Shown in pieces: positions 41,759 through 52,044 of a stretch of 64,000 nt of DNA; positions within the stretch are counted from its first letter, which is position 1, and every line of letters begins with the position of its first letter. The translations under genes and the position numbers were made by a program. The notes under the pieces are model-generated. The model was not told the DNA's origin and made no database searches. It saw only the letters and a program-made list of their open reading frames with translations. Source of the DNA: Paramoeba atlantica (taxonomy: Eukaryota; Protista; Discosea); assembly GCA_977017575.1 (NCBI GenBank), contig CDRNVI010000049.1:124001-188000 (forward strand). The letters run 5' to 3'.

Positions 41759-43330
41759 TCATGGTATGCCCTTTTCCAAACGCTTCTTAAAAGATGCGTG
41801 CAAACGTCTCGCTAGATCCTTGGCCTCCGCTGAGAGAAGGTAATTTTCTACTATACGCTTAATTTCATCAGCCGTTCGTGGGCAGCTTTTGTTTTTCACT
41901 TCCCTGGCACTACTCCATAAGTCCTCAATTGGATTCAAGTATGGTGAATCTGCAGGCCATTTCAGCAATGTTTCGCCGTTTGTTAATTTCATGTTTCGAA
42001 GGTCGGGGCAAACCTCATGAATATTAGTGTGATGTTCCCACCATTGTTGCATCTTTATGCTCGTATGACCAGGCGCTCCATCATCCATATACAGTGGTCG
42101 TCACTATTCTCAGAATCCGGAATTGAACATTGACAGGATTTTTTCATTCTCATTCTCATTTTCGCAACCATTCTCATTTTCGCGTTGATTTTGCCGTTGA
42201 ACGTTGACAAGAAATAGAAAATAAGTACAAAAAATCGGAATAAAGTCATACTGGGAGAGCGGTGGCTATTATAAAAATTTGAGAAACTGGGTAGGAAACA
42301 AGAAGTATGGGTCCGCACGCAACCCCGACGAAGGAACTCAATTTCCGACAATGTCGAATTCCTTGCTGGATTCAAAAGACGTTGAAGACTTCATTTGAGT
42401 GAGTGACTCAGAATCTGAAGTTGTGGAGGGAGAAGCCGAAGTAGCAGGCATTTCAAACTTACAAATTAAAGTTCTGATTCTAATTTTCGGAAAGAAAGTA
42501 CAAGTACAGTACCGTCCTGTCCATAAATACTACGGTGAAAGATCATTATTATTTTGTTTGAAGGAACTCTTCATTATTGATTGCTTTTTCCCATTATGAC
42601 CCTGTCGTAGTCGACAATGGCCTCAAAAAAATGCTAAATTCTTTTAAAAACAAATTCTTTTAAAAACTATAATGCCTAGACGCTGAGATTTCGATCCAGA
42701 GACCTCAAAACAAGTACGTCTCCCCTCCGGCAAGGTCATCACCCCCACCACTGCCGTAGCTGAATTTTTGTGCGGATGCCTCTTTTTAGAGGCCCAGATT
42801 GGCACAACAGGGTCCCTCTTGATCCAGTCTCATTCTCATTTTCAAGGCCCTTTTTGAGTTGAACGTTGACACGATAATTTGTCATTTTTCAGAGGGTCAT
42901 TCTCATTTTCATGACTCTCAGATTGGTGACGACCACTGTACACGTATATGGCGCTCTTGTGATTCAAACGGTGAGGCACTTAGGGTCCACTATTTCTTTA
43001 CGGTAAAGATAAAGCTCTCCTCATGCAGCTGAAAGGTTTACTTCTCTATTTCGGCATAGGGGTGTATTTACACCTTCAATCTTTTTCAAATCTTCATACC
43101 CTGGACTTTGCTCCGAGTAATTTACTCGGCATGGATCAATGAGGCTTAATTTACTACATTTGAATTGATCATTAAGTCATTGGAACTTATTTTTGGCCCA
43201 TTCGATTTCTATTTTCTTTCTCTGAGTCTTGTGTTCCGAATCCTCCGAAGTGATGTGGTGTGCATTCATAGTGGCGCGTGGCTGCACCGTGTGTTAGGGA
43301 GGATGGGTTTTATCGATATTGCAGTGACAT
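41759..43330 (-). pseudogene. Tc1-like transposase remnant split by an inserted TIR element
   Basis: C-terminal part MDDGAPGH...WPADSPYLNPIEDLW at 42088-41759. Removing 42092-42938 and one TA restores AAG AGC GCC ATA TAC GTG TAT ATG GAT GAT (KSAIYVYMDD). The upstream part is decayed. Confidence 0.7.
42092..42938. mobile_element. Non-autonomous TA-flanked TIR element (847 bp), Tc1/mariner type
   Basis: TA-CAGTGGTCGTCAC ... GTGACGACCACTG-TA; imperfect TIR extends to ~26 bp; subterminal CATTCTCATTTTC repeats and GTTGAACGTTGACA near both ends. Confidence 0.82.
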
Positions 43331-45866
43331 AAAGGGAAAAAAAGAGAATAACTAAGGAATGCAATTAGGTGAACCTTAAACTCGGACGTGATAATTTGGG
43401 AATATAATTTGGGAATATAAAAATTTATATTATAAATACACGGACACTGTTTTCCTTCCTACAACTGGTAAAAGTGTACGTGTGGCTTAGACGAGGAATT
43501 TTGATATTCTATGATTTCTTCTTTGAAGGGATGACCTCATTGCCCTCTCCACGGAATATCCAGAATAATAAGAACATAATAAATGAACGCGAAAAAAGTA
43601 TTTCTATAGTTCAACACTGAGAAAAAAAACCAGACAAAAATATCTCAGATACGAGGAAGAAATACAAAACGGAGCTCTGGACGTGCGAATAATAAAACAC
43701 ATACATTACTTTGATAGAATTTTAATAGAACTGTATAATCTTTATCAAAACACAGTAATATACCGGTCTAAACTTAATTGCGCCCAAAATTAATTAAGCC
43801 CAAAGGCAGATTTTGGGCTCAATTAAGTTTGGGCGTAATAAACGTTATGTTCGACAAATTGTTTTCTAAATCCTTTGAAAAAGAATTTTCCAATTTTTAT
43901 GGATAACTTTACGAATTCCGAAGGTAGTGCTTGAGGTTTCAAGACGAAACACTATCTGAAAGTGAAGAAGAGATTGATGTCCAGACGCTACCTACCGTCA
44001 CCCCCCCCTCACTTGTCCTCCTAGGTGACATATCCTCTTTTTACAATCGATGAAAGGATATGTCACTTAGTACCAAGACATAAAGCTCTTAAATAATGTT
44101 TTTGTGCTGAATGTATTTTGTTCTCAATAGTATTGACAACACACGTTTAATTCAGTAAATAGCCAAAATATTCACGTTTCTTAAATTTTCAGCCTTCTAA
44201 TCAACATGTTACTGATCAAGAAACCGAATCACAAACCTTTTAATGCAAATCAAGTACTGGTTCCGCTTCGCTCGCATGGGGAAGGTATTGCTGTAATGCC
44301 TCACATGGAAGACGTCCCCACGAGTGTAATAAATGAAACCCAGGTTGTGGTGGCTAGCACTGAAACATCGCGAAAATCAAGAGTCGAATTAACCATTCAA
44401 CAGAAATTGAATGTGTGTGCCGCCATTGACAATGGTAAGATGCAACACCTCATTGCGAAGGAATACAAACTGGATGTCGGTACCGTACGAAAGCTGTTCA
44501 AAAAGAAGCAATTATGGAAGCAACTCGTCCGGTTGGGGTACGGACGAAATTACCAATATCATCCACCAACGAAGAATCGAGAATTATACGAGCAAGGAGC
44601 AGAAACTGTACAAATACTGAGAGAGGTCGTAGTGGGTGTGACGAAAAGCATGATGTTCAATTTTTTCAATGAAATCTCACAGCATTTTCGTGAATTGACA
44701 GATAAAGGCCAAGAATACTTCTGGCTGCAATTTTTCAAATGGGCGAACATTTCTTTGCGACGGGTTAACGGATGCACACAAGTGCTTGCCGCGGACGCCG
44801 ATCTCCGTGTGAGTGAGTGGAAGGACATGTTGTCCCTGATGAATCTCGATCACGGAGGGTACAGTGTTGTAATCACCGGAGATGAAACGCCAGTTGTATG
44901 GGAACCTGTTTCCACGGCAACTTACGAATTTCGGGGCGCAAAGCGCGTAAAAATAAGCACCACAGGAAAAGAGCGAAGTATAACTACTGGTTGGTTGAGT
45001 TCCCGCTCTGTTCGAGGATCAGGGAACGTGTGGTCACACACCGTGAATCCGATACATTTAATTTGGAGCGCACATTCCCAAAAAAGAGCCATTTCTCAAC
45101 AAACCGAGAGTGCGAGCAGGAAATACGGTTGTACAAGTACCACAACAAAATCTGGTTGGATGAATGGTGAAGCCTTCCTGTTGTGGGCAAAGCACGAGCT
45201 TTGCGACAAAAATAAGTACCCGCCACGCAAGACACTTCTTGTGGTAGACTTATTCGCCGCGCACACAACTCCAGAATTACTTGAAGAACTTAAAAGCATG
45301 CAAATTGACATTCTTTTTATTGCAGTCCGCTAATACAATTGATGAATACGAGTGTAAACAAAGAGTTTAAAAGGAACTATACGAAGAAGTTTGCTTACTG
45401 ACGGGGAGCTCGGTCCTTTAAAGCTCTTGAGGCACCGACACTAGTCAAAATTACGCGTTTTGCGGTTGAAAGCTTGAGTGAGGTCAATATGAATGCCTTA
45501 AGCCAATGCTTCGAGACACACTACCTCCCAGCATTAAACAAAACTTCGTGCGAATTAAGCATTTCTGCAGTACGAGACCTTCGTCCCTGTATTCTTAATG
45601 TAAGTTCTAGCATGTAGGAAGCCGAATGCGAAGCAACCCGAGCATGTGATCTACAGCAAACGTATAATGCAGAGGATAATATTGTAGAACAGTATGAATG
45701 CGAAAACTCGGGAACGAAAGTAAACTTCAGAAGAGAGAAACTACAAACGCGCTCACGAACAAGCGTGAACCGTATTCCACCGTCGCAGGTTGTTGCTATT
45801 GTCTACTTCAGAATTTAACAATACATGTTTGCTCTATGGAGGGCTGCGATACAACGTTTCATCATA

Positions 45867-47436
45867 CAGGGGGTGGCACGAAAATATGGCGGGGGGTCAA
45901 AATTTTTATAACTTGTCCAATTTTGGAAAGTAGCACCGCATTCGAGAGCTCTCGCAGAGATACGTGTCACCTGATATTGCGTTTCCCGTATCCAGGGGGG
46001 TAGGTCCCTATGCCAAAGGGGCTGAAAACAGCAATTGCAAGTTTGAAATTGTGAAAAATATGTCATTTAATATCCACAATGACCTCCTTTTTTTTTGTAA
46101 TGTAATCTTAATACGAGTTGGAACAGTCTTCAAAGTGTTTAAAAATGTTTTCTTCTGTTCTTTCAACAATTCAATCCCAGATGCGATCGTCGATCGCAAT
46201 TCTGACCGATTTGTGGGGCATAATGAGCTTTTGTGGGCATCAATTATCCCCCAAATATTTTCTATCGGAGTCAAATCGGGGGACTTTGCAGGCCAAGGTA
46301 GCACCTCAACGTCGTTATCCTGAAAAAAACGACGAGTAGTATTGTAAATGGTACAATTATCCATTACAACAACAGCACCAGGGTGTCTTCGTAAATAACT
46401 ATTGAACCCCCCACGCTTGAGCATGGCCTCCTTGAAGACTTGCCCATTTACTGAAACTTTGTTGTTGCTACTATCACGGTTAGGAAACTCGTGAACAAAA
46501 AAACCGTGTTTTATACTCACACCCATCCACATCATTATTCCATCACCCCCCAGCTATTTCTCTCGCTCTCCGGCGTGCTCCTTCACGGGGTCCGTACGGC
46601 GACAAAGGTAAGTGGCATTCTTGCTCCCCCCGCAAGTGAACTTCTTTTCGTCTGTCCATAGGATATTCTCAAGTTCACGGGGAGTCCACTTTTCGAGCTC
46701 CTTGCAAAACTCCACCCGCTTGCGTTTGTGCTCTGGAGTGAGCGAAGGGGTGCGGCGGACGGTGCGACACATGATGCCTTCTTTTCGGAGGGTGCGTGTC
46801 AATGAACGCCGAGAGAAAGTGAAACCTTCCGCCCGAAGGAGAAAAACAAGTTTTGCCCAAGAGGGAATTCCATAAGTCTGGACTTTTACCGCATCATCGA
46901 TTAGATGTAATGCGCGAGTGATGAGCTCGGGGGTCATTGTCGGGGATTGGCGGTCTTGATAGGGTGACCTCTCAACATCACCAGTCTCTTGATAGCGACT
47001 CACCCAGCGTTTCACAGTGTCTTCGTGACAGTCGAATTCTCTCGCAACGGCAGAAAAGTACCTAGTTTCTTCATACTTCTTTACTAAAAGTATGCGGTGG
47101 GTGACTTTAAGCTGCCCACGAGGACTGCAACAATGCCGATCACGGTGCTGTACACCCTTGTTATTTGAATGAGCCCGTTTCTGCGGCATAACGCGGCGGA
47201 AAGCTAAAAAATAGACGGAAAATACCTAAAATTTCGAAAAAATCGATGAAATTGAAGAAAATTGCAAGTTCTGAAAACGTAATGTTTTGTCAAAAATTAA
47301 AAAATTAAAAAACGCGGGAAACACAATATCAAGTGACACGGATCTCTGCGAGAGCTCTCGAATGCGGTGCTACTTTCCAAAATTGGACAATTTATACGAA
47401 TTTTGACCCCCCCCCATATTTTCGTGCCACGCCCTG
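45867..47436 (-). mobile_element. Tc1-family DNA transposon (1570 bp) with 122-bp TIRs
   Basis: TIRs at 45867-45988 and 47315-47436 (CAGGG.GTGGCACGAAAATATGG...GAGAGCTCTCGCAGAGAT...TTTCCCG); TA duplicated at both ends. Confidence 0.94.
46008..47189 (-). pseudogene. Tc1 transposase with one in-frame TAG
   Basis: Paired-like HTH, ILWTDEKKF, VMDNCTIY and WPAKSPDLTPIENIW. The two predicted ORFs are in the same frame, separated only by TAG at 46556-46554 (EREK*LGGDGIMMW). Confidence 0.9.
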
Positions 47437-48212
47437 TATGTGTGCAATTGAAGCACATGGAGAAGATTATGACAATCGCTGTGTAAAGCATTAGTTTATT
47501 CGGGGCTACGAAAGTGGGGACAAGTCAGGGGTATTGACGATACAAAGATATTTACATCCACAGAACTGTTTTTTTTCAATATTTACATTCATTTCATTAC
47601 TCAAATTTAGTCAACTCATTCTTTAGTATAGTAGGCCGAGAGTAACTGCAATAGAAAAAATATTCACCCTCTAAGTCTGTACTAGGTGACTTGTCCTAGG
47701 TGACATATTCCGCTTTTGGTCGTTTTTTTCCACTTTTGCGAGGATATGTGAGGGGGCGTGACGGTAATTTACTATTGGAATGCGATGATTTTTCAGAAAT
47801 TCTATAAATTTTTTCTAAATTTTTTTTACCCACATACATGTATTTTTCGCGATCCCCCTCCGACGCCCTCCATTTGGGCTTAATTAAGTTTGGGCGTAAT
47901 TAAGTTGGGCGTAATTATGTTCGGCACGGTAATAGAAGAAAAAAATATAAAAGGGGGCTCCGGTGGTCCAAAATTTAAAAACAAAAATCAAAAAAATGGG
48001 GGGTCCAGGGGGGGGCATACGTCGCGAATTTTTTTTCGAATTTTTTGCTTTTCAAAAAATCGAGAGCAGGGAAGTGGTAGAGTATGCCGCGACGATAATT
48101 TTCCACCCCCCCCCCTGGGGGTACCCTCCCTGGTACGCGCAGGAGGGGTCCGACAAGGTCAAAATTTCCGAAATTTTTGGGGCAACCAAAAGAATTTTTT
48201 TTTGACCCAAAA

Positions 48213-48835
48213 AATCCAATCTTTCTTCAATCCAATCTTTCTTCAATTCAATCTTTCTTCAATCCAATCCTTCTTTAATCCAATTCTTCTTCAATCCAAT
48301 CCTTTTTCACTTCAACCCTTTTCAATCCAATTCTTCTTCAATCCAACCCTTTTTCAGTCCAACCCTTTTTCAATCCAGCCCTTTTCAATCCATCCCTTTT
48401 CAATCCAACCCTTTTCAATCCAACCCTTTTCAATCCAGCCCTTTTCAATCCAGCCCTTTTCAATCCAGCCCTTTTCAATCCAGCCCTTTTCAATCCAGCC
48501 CTTTTCAATCCATCCCTTTTCAATCCAGCCCTTTTCAATCCAGGCCTTTTCAATCCAACCCTTTTCAATCCAACCCTTTTCAATCCAACCCTTTTCACTT
48601 CAACCCTTTTCAATCCAATTCTTCTTCAATCCAACCCTTTTCAATCCAACCCTTTTCAATCCAACCCTTTTCAATCCAACCCTTTTCAATCCAACCCTTT
48701 TCAATCCAACCCTTTTCAATCCAACCCCTTTCAATCCAGCCCTTTTCAATCCAGCCCTTTTCAATCCATCCCTTTTCAATCGAATCTTTCTTCAATACAA
48801 TCTTTCTTCAATTCAACCCTTTCCAATCCCTTTCT
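48213..48835. repeat. Tandem array of ~40 copies of a 15-bp unit, CAATCCA(A/G)CCCTTTT
   Basis: Homogeneous core units flanked by variant CAATCCAATCTTTCTT units; ends ~40 bp before the CCT4 ATG. Confidence 0.95.
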
Positions 48836-48872
48836 TCTACTCCTCTACCTCTCCCCTTTCCACCTCTCCCCC

Positions 48873-50507
48873 ATGTCTACCCCCACCCCCACCCCCACCA
48901 ACGAAACCAAACACGAAAAAGAAAAACAATCCGACGTGCGTCTCCACAACATCGCCGCGGCCAAGGCCCTCGCGGACTGTGTCCGCACCTCCCTCGGCCC
49001 CCGTGGGATGGACAAAATGGTCCTCGAGGGCAAGGGCGGGGTGGTGGTCAGCAACGACGGCGCGACGCTTCTGAAGAAACTCGATCTCGCCCACCCGTGT
49101 GCGAAAATGCTCGTCGAGCTCAGCCAGGCCCAGGACGTCGAGGCCGGGGACGGCACCACCTCGGTGGTGGTGCTCTGCGGGTCACTGCTGCGCGCGTGTG
49201 AGGACTTGCTGCGGAAGGGGATTCACCCGACCACGATTACGGAGGCGTTCCAGGAATGTGCCGGGGAGGCCGCGCACCGGTTGCGTGAGAAATGCGCGAT
49301 TGCGGTGGATATGGAGGGGGAGGGCGGGGTGGAGGGGGGCGCGTTGACGGATGCCGCGGTCACGAGTTTGAGTTCGAAGGTGGTCGCGCATAGTAGTGCG
49401 AGGTTGGCTCCTATGGCCGTGCAGGCCGCGCTGGCGGTGCGGAAACCGACGGGGGAGGTGGATTTGCGGGATATTCGAACCGTCGCGGCGCTTGGAGGGG
49501 TTGTGGAGGACTCGGAACTGCTCTCGGATGGGATGATTTTTAAGCAAAAAGCCTCGACGAGTGCGGGTGGGCCGACGAGGGTGACAGAGGCCCGGATTGC
49601 GTTGCTGCAGTGTCATTTGAGTCCGCCAAAAACGGATATGGAGAGTACGGTGTCGGTGTCGGACTACACCCAAATTGATCGTGCAATGAGGGATGAGCGA
49701 AAGTACCTGGTGGAGATGTGTCGCAAAATCCAAACTTCCGGATGTAACGTCGTGTTGATCCAAAAATCTATTCTCCGCGACGCCGTTACCCCGCTCTCCC
49801 TGGATATTCTCGCCAAGATGAAGATCATGGTCATCAAAGACATTGAGCGCTCCGACGTGCCGTTTATTTGTAAATGTCTCGGTGTTCTGCCCACGAGTCA
49901 CATCGACCACCTGAACCCGAAACATTTTGGTCACGCCGCTCTCGTTGCGCAGGAAACCTTTCCCGGGGGACGAGTGGTACGGGTATCGGGGGTAACATCA
50001 CGAGCTGAGTCGGGCTCCTCTTCTTTCCCTTCTCCTCGAACGGCCTGTGTGTACCTTCGTGGGGGAAACCAAGTTATGGTAGAGGAAGTCGAGCGCAGTT
50101 TTCACGACGCGCTGTGTGTGGTACGTTCGATTGCAAAGAAGAACGCCCTGGTCGTGGGCGGTGCGGCTGCGGAGACGGAGGTTGCCATGGGTCTGAGTGA
50201 GCGTGCCCAGCGGGTCGGTGGCATCACGGGGTACTGCATGAGGGCATACGCTGAGGCGTTTGAGATTATTCCCTACACGTTGGCGGAGAATGCGGGACTG
50301 AACCCGATTGAAATTGTTACCGCACTTCGGCGCGCGCATAAAGAGGGAAAGGTGCACTACGGGATCAATGTCCGAAAAGGCGCAATTACGGATATGAAGG
50401 AGGAGAAAGTGGTGCAGCCCTTATTGGTTACACTCTCAGCGATTCGTCTTGCTACGGAGTGTGTTTGCATGATTTTGAAAATTGATGACGTTCTCCTGAC
50501 TCGATAA
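48873..50507 (+). CDS. CCT4: T-complex protein 1 subunit delta (CCT4)
   Basis: DVRLHNIAAAKALADCVRTSLGPRGMDKM, SNDGATLL, AQDVEAGDGTTSVV, NVVLIQKSILRDAV and ERSFHDALCV; ends ILKIDDVLLTR. Confidence 0.96.
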   Translation: MSTPTPTPTNETKHEKEKQSDVRLHNIAAAKALADCVRTSLGPRGMDKMVLEGKGGVVVSNDGATLLKKLDLAHPCAKMLVELSQAQDVEAGDGTTSVVVLCGSLLRACEDLLRKGIHPTTITEAFQECAGEAAHRLREKCAIAVDMEGEGGVEGGALTDAAVTSLSSKVVAHSSARLAPMAVQAALAVRKPTGEVDLRDIRTVAALGGVVEDSELLSDGMIFKQKASTSAGGPTRVTEARIALLQCHLSPPKTDMESTVSVSDYTQIDRAMRDERKYLVEMCRKIQTSGCNVVLIQKSILRDAVTPLSLDILAKMKIMVIKDIERSDVPFICKCLGVLPTSHIDHLNPKHFGHAALVAQETFPGGRVVRVSGVTSRAESGSSSFPSPRTACVYLRGGNQVMVEEVERSFHDALCVVRSIAKKNALVVGGAAAETEVAMGLSERAQRVGGITGYCMRAYAEAFEIIPYTLAENAGLNPIEIVTALRRAHKEGKVHYGINVRKGAITDMKEEKVVQPLLVTLSAIRLATECVCMILKIDDVLLTR

Positions 50508-50846
50508 CTCTTCCGTTGATAGCGCTCTTCTGACTTGGTGAAGAAAAGTTGATAAATTAATGTGGGGGTTTCTTTGAGGAAACTTAACTGTAGGAAAAAT
50601 ACTACGGTCAAGATATTTGAATTTAAGGTCATTGTTTTTACACTTTTTCTGTGCTTCGTTATATTTGCAATATACGTTATATTTAATAACATATCTGGTA
50701 TTTTTTGACAACTGTCCACATCACAATCCATCGAAGGAATTTCATCATGAATGTTGATGGCAATATAATCCTGTTATCGATTAAAATTTAATATCTTTCC
50801 AAGCATTTCTTCCCCTCTTTCCCTCTCTCTCCCCATTCTCCTTGGC

Positions 50847-51602
50847 ATGACACGTACCTCCCTCCGACACAGTACCCCCTCCACCTGGAGACGGGACTCC
50901 GTTCCCGCCCTCCCCGATTCCACTGTATCCCCCCTCCCCATCATTGCCCCCTCTCTGTTGGCCAGTGATTTCGGTTCCCTCGCACTCGAGGCCGGCCGTA
51001 TCCTGGATTCCGGAGCAGACTGGCTGCACATTGACGTCATGGATGGGCATTTTACCCAAAACCTTGCCTTTGGTCTCCCCGTGATCCAATCTTTGCGAAC
51101 GCACACCGATGCCTTCTTTGACTGCCATCTCATGGTGGAGTACCCTGAGCGGTGGGTGGAGAAATTCGCATCGGCCGGGGCCTCCCAGTTTACGTTTCAC
51201 ATGGAGGCTGCGAGTGAGGTGACCCCGGCAGCGCTGATTGCACAAATTGAGAAAGCCAAGATGCTCCCGTCGGTCGCGATTAAGCCGTTTACCTCGATGG
51301 AGAGGTTGGAGGGTGTGTTGGATAAGGTGCATATGGTCCTGGTGATGACCGTGGAGCCGGGATGGGGAGGACAGGCATTTATTCCCGAGGCATTGAAGAC
51401 GGTGGCTGCAATTCGGAAACGATACCCTGGGCTAAATATTCAAGTCGATGGGGGGATCAATTTGGACACGTTGGTGGCTGCGGCGCAGGCTGGGGCGAAT
51501 GTGATTGTTGCCGGCACGGCGTTGTTTAAGCTTCCCTCCCATGCAGCCAAGGTAGAAACGATTCGAAAGATGAAAGAAATTGTGTCGCAGAATATGAAAT
51601 GA
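50847..51602 (+). CDS. RPE: Ribulose-5-phosphate 3-epimerase
   Basis: IIAPSLLASDF, WLHIDVMDGHF..NL.FG, DCHLMV, FTFHME, LVMTVEPGWGGQAF, IQVDGGI and GANVIVAGTALF. Confidence 0.96.
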   Translation: MTRTSLRHSTPSTWRRDSVPALPDSTVSPLPIIAPSLLASDFGSLALEAGRILDSGADWLHIDVMDGHFTQNLAFGLPVIQSLRTHTDAFFDCHLMVEYPERWVEKFASAGASQFTFHMEAASEVTPAALIAQIEKAKMLPSVAIKPFTSMERLEGVLDKVHMVLVMTVEPGWGGQAFIPEALKTVAAIRKRYPGLNIQVDGGINLDTLVAAAQAGANVIVAGTALFKLPSHAAKVETIRKMKEIVSQNMK

Positions 51603-52044
51603 GGGTTGTTAGCACGTGCGGGATGACCTGTACAACAGATCTGAAAATCTACAAAATAATAACAATGCACAAATTTCTTTCCTAGTGAGACTTTGGGCGT
51701 TAACTTTTGGTGAAAAAGTTATAAATGGGCAATGACATTCCACATGGGATACACTTTCGAAGATGCGGCGGGCCTGCGATGAAGGCGGTGCGATCTTCTT
51801 ACACTCTAGCGAACTTCTCTGTCATGTTGTGTAAATTTACTTCAGAACATAGGCAACGTGGGAGAGAGATTCTCCGCTCGTCCTACTTTAGTCCTACTTT
51901 ACTGACATGTTCCTCTTAGAGATGTGTACTCTAACCTAGTAAATAACCTATCAAATATGAGCATGTGGCTATGCATAATAATTGTGCAGAATCACTTTCA
52001 GTACACTCCGTGTTTTATTCTGAATTTTTCTCCGTTTTACAAAC

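Larger units (their letters stand above)
44206..47494 (+). pseudogene. pogo transposase: CENP-B-like HTH, DDE_1 domain and C-terminal PHD-like finger; frameshifted and interrupted
   Basis: RVELTIQQKLNV...IAKEYKLDVGTVRKL; GDETPV; GWMNGEAF..W...LLVVDLFAAH. After a frameshift near 45330 it continues LIQLMNTSVNKEFK. The C-terminal CYC...CSMEGC...FHH|MC...CVKH* is joined across the Tc1 insertion. Confidence 0.82.
43995..47764 (+). mobile_element. pogo/Tigger-family DNA transposon containing a Tc1 insertion
   Basis: TA-CCGTCACCCCCCCCTCAC ... GTGAGGGGGCGTGACGG-TA, with mirrored subterminal CTAGGTGACATATCC sites; encloses a DDE_1 transposase. About 2.2 kb without the Tc1 insert. Confidence 0.8.

Noticed and set aside
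30187-46556. Stop-codon reassignment (Blastocrithidia-like) suggested by single in-frame stops in the CRE (TGA 30187) and Tc1 (TAG 46554) ORFs
   Set aside because: All housekeeping genes are free of internal stops and end normally with TAA, TAG or TGA. The in-frame stops occur only in decaying mobile elements, and the second CRE copy has TGC at that codon.
47930-48212. Poly-G/poly-C segment after the nested transposons as another element end
   Set aside because: It looks TE-derived, but no partner TIR or TSD could be identified within the window.
29571-48835. Tandem repeats (29571-29700, 48213-48835) as CRISPR arrays
   Set aside because: There are no unique spacers between constant repeats and no cas genes, and the context is eukaryotic.
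47890-49074. 394-aa ORF with (SIQPF)n repeats and its antisense KRAGL/EKGWI ORFs
   Set aside because: It is simply the translation of a stop-free 15-bp tandem array. It starts in transposon-end sequence at a GTG and overlaps CCT4 out of frame.
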